This document shows, piece after piece, positions 35,290 to 46,379 of a stretch of 64,000 nucleotides of DNA (position 1 is its first letter; each line of letters opens with the position of its first letter). Location of the stretch: assembly GCF_030144855.1 (NCBI RefSeq), contig NC_082709.1:140306001-140370000 (forward strand), in the 5' to 3' direction. Under the pieces are notes generated by a model. That model saw only the letters and a program-made list of their open reading frames with translations, was not told the DNA's origin and did not search any database. This stretch comes from Hypanus sabinus. Lineage: Eukaryota. A program made the position numbers and the translations under genes.

Positions 35290-35815
35290 TTCAGAATCAG
35301 GTTTATTATCACTGGCATGTGATGTGAAATTTGTTAACTTAGCAGTAGCAGTTCAATGCTGCACGTAATCTAGCAGAGGAAAAAAAAGTAATAAATATAC
35401 CACTAATTCAATTACGTATAGAGAATAGATTTTAAAAAAACATGCAAAAACAGAAATGCTGTATATCTTAAAAAAAAAGTGAGTAGTGTCCAAAGATTCA
35501 ATGTCCATTTAGGAATTGGATGGCAGAGGGGAAGAAGCTGTTTCTGAATTGCTGAGTGTGTACCTTCAGGCTTCTATACCTCCTACCTGATGGTAACAAT
35601 GAGAAAAGGGCAAGCCCTGGGTGCTGGAGGTCCTTAATAATGGACACTGCCTTTCTGAGACACCACTCCCTGAAGATGTCCTGGGTACTTTGTAGGCTAG
35701 TACCCAAGATGGAGCGGATTAGATTCTGCAGCTTCTTCGGTCCTTTGCAGTAGTCCCTCCATACCAGACAATGATGCAGCCTGCCAGAATGCTCTCTACG
35801 CCATAACCATAGAAG
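35290..35815 (-). mobile_element. Rex1/Babar 3' end
   Basis: SIIKDLQHPGLALFSLLPSGRRYRSLKVHTQQFRNSFFPSAI; AATAAA plus CTGATT tail. Confidence 0.88.
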
Positions 35816-36399
35816 TTTTTGAGTGTATTTGTTGACATGCCAAATCTCTTCAAACTCCTAATGAAGTTTAGCTGTTCAGTTGACTTTTATGCTCCTGTAC
35901 TCACAGTAGCAAAAAAATATTATTGGCAAGAGTCTGTGCAAAGTTTATTACAAGAAAGAATAGGTTCCTTATTAATAACAAACAGCATTCCAAACACAAT
36001 TGGATTAGCTATATTAAAAAAAAAGCTATTTACTATTTCATTGGATGTAATACTGAAGTTCATTTCCCATCTCATACAATCGTTGAATTGTCAGCATAGG
36101 AACAGGTCCTTTTTGGCCCATGATGTCTAATTACATTAATCCCATTTGTTTATATTTGGCCCTTATCCTTCTATGCCTTTCCGATCTAAGTATCTGTCAT
36201 TTAGCCTTTCAAATGTTGTAATTCTATCTGCCATACTACCTCCTCCAGGTAACCACCACTCTCTGTATGGAAGACCATAAGATATAGGAGCAGAATTAGG
36301 CCATTTGGCCTATCGAGTCTGCTCCATCATTTGGTCATGGCTGATTTATTATTCCCCCTCAGCCCCATTCACTTGCCTTAATCCCATAATTTTTGTACT

Positions 36400-37270
36400 C
36401 TTTTGAGTTACTGTGGATCAGAATGGAAGAGGAAGAAGGAAGGAGTGGTGATGATAGGAGATTCAATATTTAAGGCAACAGAGAGGAGATTTTCTGGATG
36501 TGAAAGAGACTCCCATATGTTTTGTTACCTTCAAGGTTCTAGGATCAGAGACATCTCCGATCGAGTCCATAGCATTCTTAAGGAGGAGGGCAAGCAGTCG
36601 CAAGTCGTATATATCGATACAAATGACATAGGTAGGAAAAGGAATGTGAAGTCCTGAAGAGCAAATAGAAGGAGCTAGGTAGGAATATGAAAGCAGAACC
36701 TCATGGCTGATAATCTCTGGATTGTAGCCTGTGCCATGCACTGGTATGGATAATAATAGGATAATTCAACAAGCATATGTGTAGCTGAAGAGCTGGTTTC
36801 AGTTTTGCAATTCATTGAAAACTCTCCCAGAGGAGGTATATCCTGTACAAAAGTGACATGTTATACCTTAATTCAAGGGAGACCAATATCCTTGCAGGCA
36901 GATTTGCTGGAGCTATTGGGAAGGATTTCAACTAGTTGGGCAGGGGAGTGGGAAGCAGAGTGATAGGTCAGAGAATAGGCAGAAGGTGTAACGGTAGTTA
37001 TAGCATATAGAGAGACTGTGAGGAAGGATAGGCACTGGATGGGGTATAATTGCAGTCAGTGGGATGTGTTGAAGTGTGTCTATTTTTAATGCAAAGAGTA
37101 TCAGGAACGTGGGTGATGCACCTGTAATATAGATCAGCACATGAAGATACGATGTTGTGATATTATAGAGACTTGGCTAACAGAATGGCTGTTGGCTGCT
37201 CCGAGATTTAGATGTTTCAAAACATACAGGGACAAGGTAAAAGAGAGGGGAAGAGACATTATGAGAAGAA
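36400..37270 (+). mobile_element. CR1 ORF1 esterase fragment and start of ORF2
   Basis: VVMIGDSIFK, YLQGSRIRDI and YIDTNDIGRK. Confidence 0.85.
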
Positions 37271-37460
37271 GATTACGTTTTTATATGTAACAGGGTGGTA
37301 AGAGGTATAGTCCAGGTAGCCATAAGATTCCATGGGTTTATAATGGACATCAGTAGATACGCTTTCTCCAGAGATAGAGACAGGGAGATTGAGAAAGGGG
37401 TGGGAGGTGTCAGAAATGGACCAGGTAAATTTGAGAGCAGGGTGGAAGTTGGAAGCAAAT
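37270..37460 (-). mobile_element. Penelope RT C-terminal fragment
   Basis: Degenerate DIFYKPTDSHGYLDYTSSH-type coding DNA. Confidence 0.6.
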
Positions 37461-37494
37461 TTACATATATTACATTATTACATTACAATATTAC

Positions 37495-37913
37495 ATGTAT
37501 TTGTTGGTGAAAGTATGTGAATCTCTGGGGTAATGCCTCCTACAAAAGCTATTTGAGTCAGGTGTTCCAATCAACAAGAGACGATTAGAGGTGGGGGCTG
37601 TAGATGTGCCCTGCTCTATAAAAAAGACACACCAGGTCGGGTTGCTGACAGAGCCTGCTCTTGTCAAGAAAGATCTGTTTATGTGCACCATTCCATGATC
37701 AATACAACTTTCAGAGGACCTTAGAAGAAGAATTGTAGAGATCATTTTTCTCAATAAGTAAATGAACAAGTACAATATTTTGTGTCATTTATTTCATTGA
37801 GTTCTCTTTATCTCATTTTAGGACTTAATCTGAAGATCTGATCACATTTTAGGTCATATTTATGCCAAAATAGAGAAAATTCTACGGGGTTCACAAACTT
37901 TCTAGCACCACTG
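37495..37913 (+). mobile_element. Internally deleted Tc1-like element
   Basis: Right TIR ...TTCACAAACTTTCTAGCACCACTG followed by TA; degenerate left TIR; N-terminal QLSEDLRRRIVE remnant. Confidence 0.75.
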
Positions 37914-37934
37914 TATGTTCCAGTAAGAATAAAC

Positions 37935-38390
37935 CCAGCTATTCAATTTCATTGTAGCCTGCCATTCCAGGCAACTATCTGGTGAATCTTTTCTGCATTT
38001 TTTCTATTGTGATAACACCCTCCCTCCAGTGTGGCAAATGGAGCTGTACCCAACACTCCAATGGGGTCTAACCAATGTTTCATACAGCTATAACATGACA
38101 CTATAATTCTTATACTCAATACCTCAGCCTATGAAACCAAGCAGATAAAATGTTTTCCTATACAGCTAGGTTACCATTTTCAGTGAGCTATAGACATGCA
38201 CCCAAAGGTCCCTCTATACATCAGTGCTCCTAAAGTTCTTACTATTTACTGTACATATCCTACAAGGATTTGCTTTCCTAGGTGCATTAGCTGATTTCAT
38301 TTACCATTTCTCTGCTTAACTTTCTGGCTGACCTGTGTCCCGCTACACACTTAGGCAACCTTCTTTGCTATCTACAACCTCCACAATTTT
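37935..38390 (-). mobile_element. CR1 3' RT fragment
   Basis: Degenerate reverse match to the CR1 post-RT region. Confidence 0.6.
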
Positions 38391-38654
38391 TTGCAACACA
38401 CACAAGCTGCTGGAGGAACTCTAGAGGCCAGGCAGCATCTGTAGAAGAAAGTGCAGTTTACATTTCGGGCCGAGACCCTTCAGCAGACAAAAATTTATAC
38501 CTCTTCTGTAAATATGCTATCAGACACCTGCATTCTCATCCAAGTTATATATTTCAGTTATAATTAGCATACTTTTGAGTGTTTTGTGAATAAATAATTG
38601 TGAAATGGTTGATTAGTTTTCTTTACACTATTCTATTTTATTTCTGTTTCACAG

Positions 38655-38990
38655 CTGAAAATCCAATTGTGAAGACAAAGGTAAAAGTAACTGCGGTTTT
38701 AGGACAAAATCTTTCCATCACCTGTACAACAAATTTAAATGATATTCTACAGGTGACCTGGCAAAAGTTGAATGGTCAATCAGAGGAAAACATCGCCACC
38801 TATCATTTAAAATTTGGACGCAAAGTGTTTGGAAAATTTGTTGATAGGGTGTCTATTTTGCCATCAAACTTGCAAGAATCCACCCTTGTATTTTCTGAAG
38901 TGAGACTTGAAGATAAAGGATGTTATCAGTGTCTCTTCACGACATTCCCAGATGGATCTAATATTGGGAAGACCTGCCTGAATGTACTTG
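38655..38990 (+). CDS. CD200-like: Exon 2, IgV domain 1 of CD200-like gene
   Basis: Acceptor tttctgtttcacag, donor G|gtaag, 336 nt, phase 1-1, open. Has ITC, VTWQK and LEDKGCYQCLFTTFPDGSNIGKTCLNVL, matching the CD200 V pattern (LEDEGCYxCLF...TxCL) with the extra F-G strand Cys pair. Confidence 0.93.
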
Positions 38991-39799
38991 GTAAGACTTG
39001 TACAAATAAAAATAAAGCATGTCTTAAACCACAGAAGTCCACTTGCCTCATTAAATTATCTCCTTCCACATTCCCTATGTGACTATTTAATCATGAATGC
39101 AAACTCGTGCAAGATTCCAGAATTCTTCTTTTAATTCTTGCATAATTCAAGCAAACTTATTCAAACTAAACTCAATCTTTTTTCATTAATTGTTACCTTG
39201 AAATAGAATTGATGAATTAAAACCATCTGTGATAGTCTATTCTGTAACTTTATTATCTCATATAAAAGAGACTAAAATATTTATTATTACTTAAAAATAT
39301 TACTGACATTTACTTACCTGAAGTTGATGTTAATTAGTAAGAATAAGCAATAAGTTAGGTCTAGTTGATAATATGTATTGTTTATTACTACTGAACATTC
39401 AGTTTGGATCATTTTGAAACACATATCTCATGATGTGTTGATTAATTAAGATGTTTTCTTTCCCATGAAGCTGGCCTTGCAGCCGAGAAGCAATCAGGCT
39501 ATTTAGCAGTCTACAGTTCATGGGTAACTTGATCATGGATGGGATGTTGCTCAGTTACGTGCTTAGCATTGTATGACTTAAACCATTTTACTTTCCTTGT
39601 TGCACTGGCAGGTATTTTGCCTGGATCAGTAGTTATGTCAGTACTTTGTGTTTTGCTAAGGAAATCATGTGGTCAGTTGTTAAATTGCAGGACTAGGAAG
39701 GTGAAATAGAAGTTAATTCAAATTTGATTTGAGGACTTGAGGTAAATAGTGAGTTAAATAATCTAGAATCAAAATAATGCTATCCACAACATGTGCTAA

Positions 39800-40075
39800 T
39801 AAAGCTGTTGCCCCAGTGCTGCAGTGCCCGGATTCAATCTTGACCTCAGTTATTTTGACATTCTCTCCATGACCACATGGATTTCCTTTGGTTGCCATGG
39901 TTTCCACTCAGAAAACCAAAGATGGGCAGATTGATAGATTGGCCGCGGTAAATTGCATGAATGACAGGAGTGTTGAGGGGAGAATAAAATGGGACTACTG
40001 TGAATGAATGCTTGCTGCTTAGTGAAACTTGGTGGGGTGGAAAGCTTGTTTCTGTGCTGTAATCCATCGATAGCA
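39800..40075 (+). mobile_element. Degenerate tRNA-derived SINE
   Basis: B-box-like GGATTCAATC and a core similar to 34340-34562. Confidence 0.55.
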
Positions 40076-41353
40076 TTCGAATGGATTTCAAGGCAGACTA
40101 TCACATAATTAATGTAATATATTTCATATATTTCCTGGGTTAAGAACTGTCAATTTATGAACATCCCTACATACAGGCATACTCACAAAATTTAAATTCA
40201 AAAATTCAATGTACGTACTTAAATTCACTCCTACAAACAGCAGAATTAGTTTCTTCTCACACCATTTTTAAAAATTTTTCTTTCTTTATCAGTTTTATGT
40301 GCTTTTGATGCCACTCCTTGTAGTACTGTGGAGGTATGGTTACCAAGAGATTTTTACTTTGTTGTTTATTTTCCAACATGGACAAAATCAACTTACGGAC
40401 TTCTATAAAAACACGATGACCTGTAGCGTCTGGGGATAAACTTCCATGCATGTAGTTTTCTGGTAGTTCCCTGACAATGTTTTACCAAACTATAGCTGTT
40501 TTTACCCCAGAGAATATCACAGATATTGCCCTTTATCTTTCGGACTTAAAATAATGAGTAACAACGGGAGTTCAAGAATTCAGATGAGTCATTTCTGGCA
40601 TTCTTGTTATGAAACGTGCAAAGGTTGTATTCATGATGATCCAGAAATAAGGCATTGCTGTTTAAAGTACCAGAGATAGATAATGGTGCACTGACTGGGA
40701 ACCAAATACATAGTCATGGGCTTTTTCATCCAGAAGAAATGTCAGATGTGAACCTTGCAGGAAAAGTAAAGTGCAGTACCAAAAGGATTTTACTGTACAT
40801 AATTGACCCTTGCATGTAATCAGGAAATAATGGGTGTGGTATCTGCAGTGCTACAGAAACCAATATGATAGATCCACTGAGATAAAGATCAGCTATCTTG
40901 CATCTTCTGACATGATATTCAGGTAAATAAAAAATATTTTTGGTACTATCCTGCAACAAATTCTTCTAGTTTTCCAGTTCAAGTGCTGTTGCCTATGAAA
41001 ACTTATTACAAGATGAGGTGTCAGTTATTTAAGGATTAGTTTAATAATGTTATTAATAATAAATGATTTGGCAGTCACTATTGGCCAGGGTCATGAGAAA
41101 ACTTACCCTGTCCACTGTAAAGAGCTTTCAGAGTTTCAATTTACCACTTCAGTTGAAAAGTACACTTCCAATACAGTGCTGCTCCTTCAAATCAGCACAG
41201 AAATACAAGTCCAGGTTTTGTGCTTTCGGCTTTGGAATGGAACAAAGCTGATGAGAATCATTTTACCAAACTGTGGTCAAATCATCCATACCAATTTGAA
41301 AACCTCAAAGTCTTGGCAGGAAATTTTAACTGTATTCTTTTTCTGTTTCACAG

Positions 41354-41683
41354 CAAAAAGTCCACATGAAGAGACTCAGGAGAATAAGACAGCAGTTATA
41401 AGTGCAAACGTTAACTTCAGCTGCACAACGCAATTAGAAAATATTCAACAGGTTATCTGGAAAAAGCTAAGTGGTCAATCTGAGGAAAATGTCATCAAAT
41501 TTAATGTAATATCCAATTCATTTGAGAAACGTCATGAAAGAGCTACTTTTATACCAACAAATGGGCAAATGTACACAATAGATCTATCTGGAATAAAGCT
41601 TGAAGATGAAGGATGTTATCAATGTTTCTTTAGTACATCTGAGATTGATTCAAGCTCTGGCAAGACGTGCCTCACTGTAATTG
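41354..41683 (+). CDS. CD200-like: Exon 3, IgV domain 2 of CD200-like gene
   Basis: Acceptor tttctgtttcacag, donor G|gtaag, 330 nt, phase 1-1, open. Has FSC, VIWKK and LEDEGCYQCFFSTSEIDSSSGKTCLTVI. Confidence 0.92.
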
Positions 41684-42229
41684 GTAAGTATAATACATTA
41701 ATGAGCATAAAAATGAAACAAAGACATGGGCAACATTTCCATCAATGAATTATTAGATTTTGAACAATGCTGAAAACACTTAGCAGATGGGGTAATAACT
41801 ATAGAGGGAGAAAATGAGTTTTCATTTCAGTCAAAGACCTGGGCAAATTAATTGCCTATAGTAAATTTGCAAGAAGGTCAGAGGTAGTAATTCAGCCCAG
41901 TATGTATCATTTAAACAAACAAAAGTAAGGATTATTGGAGTTATACTTTAAAGTTTCTAAAATTCATTCCACTGAAGTTAATGGAAGTAAATTTACCCTA
42001 GGGAAAATTATGTGCCTAGAGAAATGCTCCAAAAGTCAACAATTTGACAATTCTGAAATCACACAAGTTTAATCTCTAGCTCATCAGTTAATACGTGCCA
42101 AGCTCCCTACAATTTCACCTTTCAACCCCATCTGCAAAGACCCGAGTTTCCCGGCTTTCTTCCCACTCACCAGGACTCTGATCTTGGTATCTTTATCAAC
42201 CATAGGTGAGGCACAGGACGATAGTTAAT

Positions 42230-43950
42230 ATTGTGCCTTTATTTAAGAAGAGCAGCAGGAATATTTTAGCAAACTACAGGCAAGTGAGTCTTGCATAAGT
42301 GGTGGGAAAGTTATTGGAAGCGATTCTAAGAGGAAGAGTTTATTTGCATTTGGAAAGATGATGACTGATTAGCAGAATCACGTCTCACAAATGGAATAGG
42401 TTTTCATTGAAGATGCGACCAAGAGACACATGTGAGTGCAGCAGTAGATGTTTTCTGCATGGACATTATAGCAAAATCTTCCACATGGTAGACTGCTACA
42501 GAAGGTTAGAACACATGGATCCAGAGTGAGAAGGTCAATAGATAGGAGGCAGAGAGTGATAGTATAGAGTTGCTTTTCCAGATCGGAGGCCTGTGATCTG
42601 TGACATGCTGCAGGGGTCATTGGTGGATTCTCTGTTGTTTGTCAAATAATGATTTGGGTGAAAATGTAGGTAGTATGATTGCGTAAGTTTGTAGAAGGCG
42701 TAAAAAATGGTGGCGTCATTGATACTGAAGAAGGTGAAGCTACAACAGGATAGAGATCAACTGGGAAAGGGAATGGCAGATGGAATTTAACTTGGACACA
42801 GAGATTCTGTAGATGCTGGAAATCTGGAGCAAAACATCCAGTATGCTGGAGGAACTTAACAGGTCAAGCAGCATCTCTGGAGGGAAACAAACAGTTGACA
42901 TTTCAGGCCAAGACCCTTCATCAGGACTGGAAAGGAAGTGGTGAGGGGGGAGGAGAAGACAGCAGAATGAGAAGGTGGGGGAGGGGGGACAGTAAGCTGT
43001 GAGATGTTAGGTGAGGCCAGTTGAGTGGGAAGATAACTGGGCGAGGAAGGGGGATGATGTGAAAAGTTTGGAGATGATAAGTGGAAGAGGCAGAGGACTG
43101 AAGGAGGAAATGATCGGTGAATCTGGAATTAAGGGAGGAAAGTGGGGAACCAGAGAGAAGTGATGGACAGGTCATGTGTGAAGTAACAATTTTGAGAATC
43201 TCAGCTGGGATAGGACATGCATGGTGAATGGTAGGGCCCTCAGGAGTGTTGTTGAACAGAGAATTAGTGATACAAGTACATAGTTCCTGAAAATGGGAAT
43301 ACAAGTAGTGAGGGTCGTGAAGAAGGCATATGGCATGCTTAGATTCATTGGCTGAGGGACTGAATAGGGATGTTGGCACTGAAGGTGGCAGTTGTTCAAA
43401 AGTTTGTTTAGACCGCACTTGGAAAATGATGTGCGGTTCTGGTCAGCATGCTACAGGAAAGATGTAATTAAAACAGAGGCTGCAGAAAAGATTCACAATG
43501 ATGTTGCCTGGGGTGGAGAACTTGAGTTAGGAAAAGGAATTGGATGCACTAGGTCTGTTTCCCCTAGACTGTAGGGAGCTGGGAGGACACATGATTGGAG
43601 GTATATAGAATTATGAACAGCATATATAGCATAGATAGCAATGTCTGTTTCGTGGTGGAAGTGACTAAATTCAGAAGCATAGATTTATAGTGACCAAGAA
43701 GAGGTTTAAAGGGGATCTGAGGAGCCCATTTTTCATGCCTAGAATAGATGGTAAATGGAATGAACTGTCAGAGGAGGTGATGAAATATATATAACAGGCA
43801 TCTTGACAGGTACTTAAATGAGCCAGGGAAAGAGGGATATGGAATTCATGCAAGCAAATGGAATTACTATAAATAGGCATGATGGTGAGAATACGTGTGA
43901 CAGGCTGAAGGGCCTGTTTCTATTCTGTACAACTCTGACAATGACTTTAG
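42230..43950 (+). mobile_element. Fragmented CR1 LINE interrupted by a minus-strand Penelope tail (~42800-43200)
   Basis: CR1 RT pieces at 42230-42800 and 43200-43950 (LFRPHLENDVRFWS); purine-rich inverted PLE tail between them. Confidence 0.75.
42892..42929 (-). ncRNA. Minimal hammerhead-ribozyme motif (Penelope pseudo-LTR derived)
   Basis: Minus strand CAGUC-CUGAUGA-AGG GUCUUGG CCU-GAAA-U-GUC-AACUG: core intact, stem II 3 bp, stem I 4/5 paired. Confidence 0.6.
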
Positions 43951-44214
43951 TAGACAGGTTCTCTAAAGGCAGAAGGTGGTTAATAATTACCCATAAAGTA
44001 TTAACTGTAGTTTATTAATAATGAAGATTATGGGATTAAAAAGTCACATAAACTATTTAAAATTGCAGAAATGTATAGATGGAACCATAAAATTACAAAA
44101 ATGATATTTACAATTTGAAAAATTACCAAAACCGCAGCAAATAGATCTCACATTTGAATCCTCCATACCTCAGATAAAAATCCTTTACTAGCAGTTTGAG
44201 AGTGAGAAGTTAAA

Positions 44215-46330
44215 ATCAGATGTATTAATATTGCAGTGGAGTAAAGAGAATTACAGAGGCATGAGAGAGGAGCTGCCAAAGCAGATTGGAAAGTGATACT
44301 AGCAGAGGTGACAGCAGAACAGCAATTGGTGGAATTTCTGGAATCAATTCAGAAGTCACTGAATCAATACATCTCAAAGAAGAAGTATTCTAACGGGAGG
44401 ATGAGGCAACTGTGGCTCTCAAGGGAAGGAAAGTGGATGACATCATAAGAGAAAAACAGAAAGTGTATAATACAGGAAAGCTTACTGGGAAGTTAGAGAA
44501 TTGGGAAGGTTTTAAACACCAACTGAAGGCAACTATAAGGAGAGAAAAGTTAAGATATTAAGGTAAGCTGGCCAAAAATATAAAAATGGATACAGAAAGA
44601 TTTTTTTTAATATGTAAAGAGTAAAAGAGAGGCAAGAATGGATATCAGACTGCTGGATAATGAGTCCTGAGATGTCATGGGGCAGAAACAACTGCAGACG
44701 AACTTAAGAAGTATTTTGTTCACTGTGGAAAACACAAGCAGTATGCCAAAAATTTGATAGCGTCAAAAGGCAAGTGTCAGTACAGTTGCTCTTACTGAGG
44801 AGAAACTGAAAGGTTTGAAAGTTGATAAAACAGCTGGACCAGATGGACTAAACCCCAGGGTTCTGAAAATGGTACCTGAAGAGATTGTGGAGGCAGTTTT
44901 AATGACCTTTCATGAATGGTTAGGTTCTAGGATGTTTTCAGAGGACTAGATAATTATAACTCTCTCTCTACTCTTGAAGAAGGGAAATTATAGACCAGTT
45001 AGCCCTACATTAGTGGTTGGAAATATGTTGGAATTCATTATTAAGGAGTCTATTATCTGGAGTACTTGGAAGAATATGGTAAAATAAGCAAAAGTCAGCA
45101 TGGTTTCCTTCAGGGGAAATCTTGCCTGACAAATCTGCTGGGATTCTTTGAGGAAATAACAGCCAAGATAGGGGAAGGAGAGTCAATAGATGTTGTTTAC
45201 TTGGATTTTCATAAGGCCTTTGACAAGGCTGCTAAACAAGATAGAAGGATCTTGTTTATAGGAAAGACAGAAGATTGATTGAAGGCAATAAATTGAGTAG
45301 GATTAAAGGGTGTCTATACTGACTGACTGCCTGGGACTAGCACTGTTCCATAGGGGTCGGTGTTGGGATAACTTTTCACTTGATATATCAATGATTTGGA
45401 GATTGAAAGTGATAGTTTTCTGGCTAAGTTTGCTGATGATACAAAGATAGGTGGAGGGATAGGTACTGTTGAGGAAACGGAGAGAGCAGAAGGATTTGGA
45501 CAAATTAGGAGAATTGGCAAAGAAGTGGCAGATTGATACAGTGTTGGAAAGAGTATGGTCATGCACTTTGGTAGAAGGAATAAAAGTGTAGACTATTTTC
45601 CAAATGGGGAACAAATTCAGAATTTAGAGGTAAAAAGGGACTTGGGAGAACTCATGCAGTGTTCCCAAAAGATTAAATTGCAAGTTGAGTCAGTGGTAAG
45701 GAAGGCAAATGCAGCGTTAGCATTCATTTCAGGAGGACTGCAATATAAAAGTAAGAATGCAAAGTTGAGGCTTTATAAGACATTGGTCAGACTGCACTTG
45801 AAGTATTGTGTACAGTTTTGGGCCACTTATCTATGAGAAGATGTGATGCTATTGGAGACGGTCCAGAGAAGATTCACAAAAATGATCCCAGGAATGAAAG
45901 AATTAATATGAGCAGAGTTTGAAGGCTCTGGGCCAGTACTCACTGGAGTTTAGAAGAATCAATTCCTCTTTCATTGAAACTTATTGAATATTTTAAGTTT
46001 TAGATTGAGCAGACGTTTCCTTGTGCGGGAGTCTAGGCCCAGAGGGCACAGCCTCAAAATAGAGGGATGTCCCTTTAGAACAGTTATAAGGTGGTGAATC
46101 TGTAGAATTCATTGCTACGGACAGCTGTGGAGGCCAAGTCGTTTGGTATATTTAAAGTGGAGAATGATAGGTTCTTGAGTAGTAAGGTCATCAAAGGTTA
46201 CAGGTAGAAGGCAAGTGAATTGGGAGGGATTGGGAGGGATAATAAATCAGCAGTGATAGAATGGTGGAGCAGACTCAATGGACCAAATAGCCTAATTCTG
46301 TTCCTATCCCATATGGACTAATGGCCTTAA
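44215..46330 (+). mobile_element. CR1 LINE, 5'-truncated
   Basis: QHGFLQGKSCLTNL, YLDFHKAFDK, KFADDTKIGG and LVRLHLKYCVQFW, then tail. Confidence 0.92.
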
Positions 46331-46379
46331 TCAATCTATAGAGATTCCAGTTGGAGAGAGTGTGGTACTGACTGAATGA

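Noticed and set aside
38600-39082. 160-aa ORF as a standalone single-exon gene
   Set aside because: Only 38655-38990 is Ig-like and it is bounded by canonical splice sites; the flanks are intronic read-through.
41047-41748. 233-aa ORF as a standalone gene
   Set aside because: Only 41354-41683 is Ig-like with splice sites; the N-terminal ~100 aa have no recognisable features.
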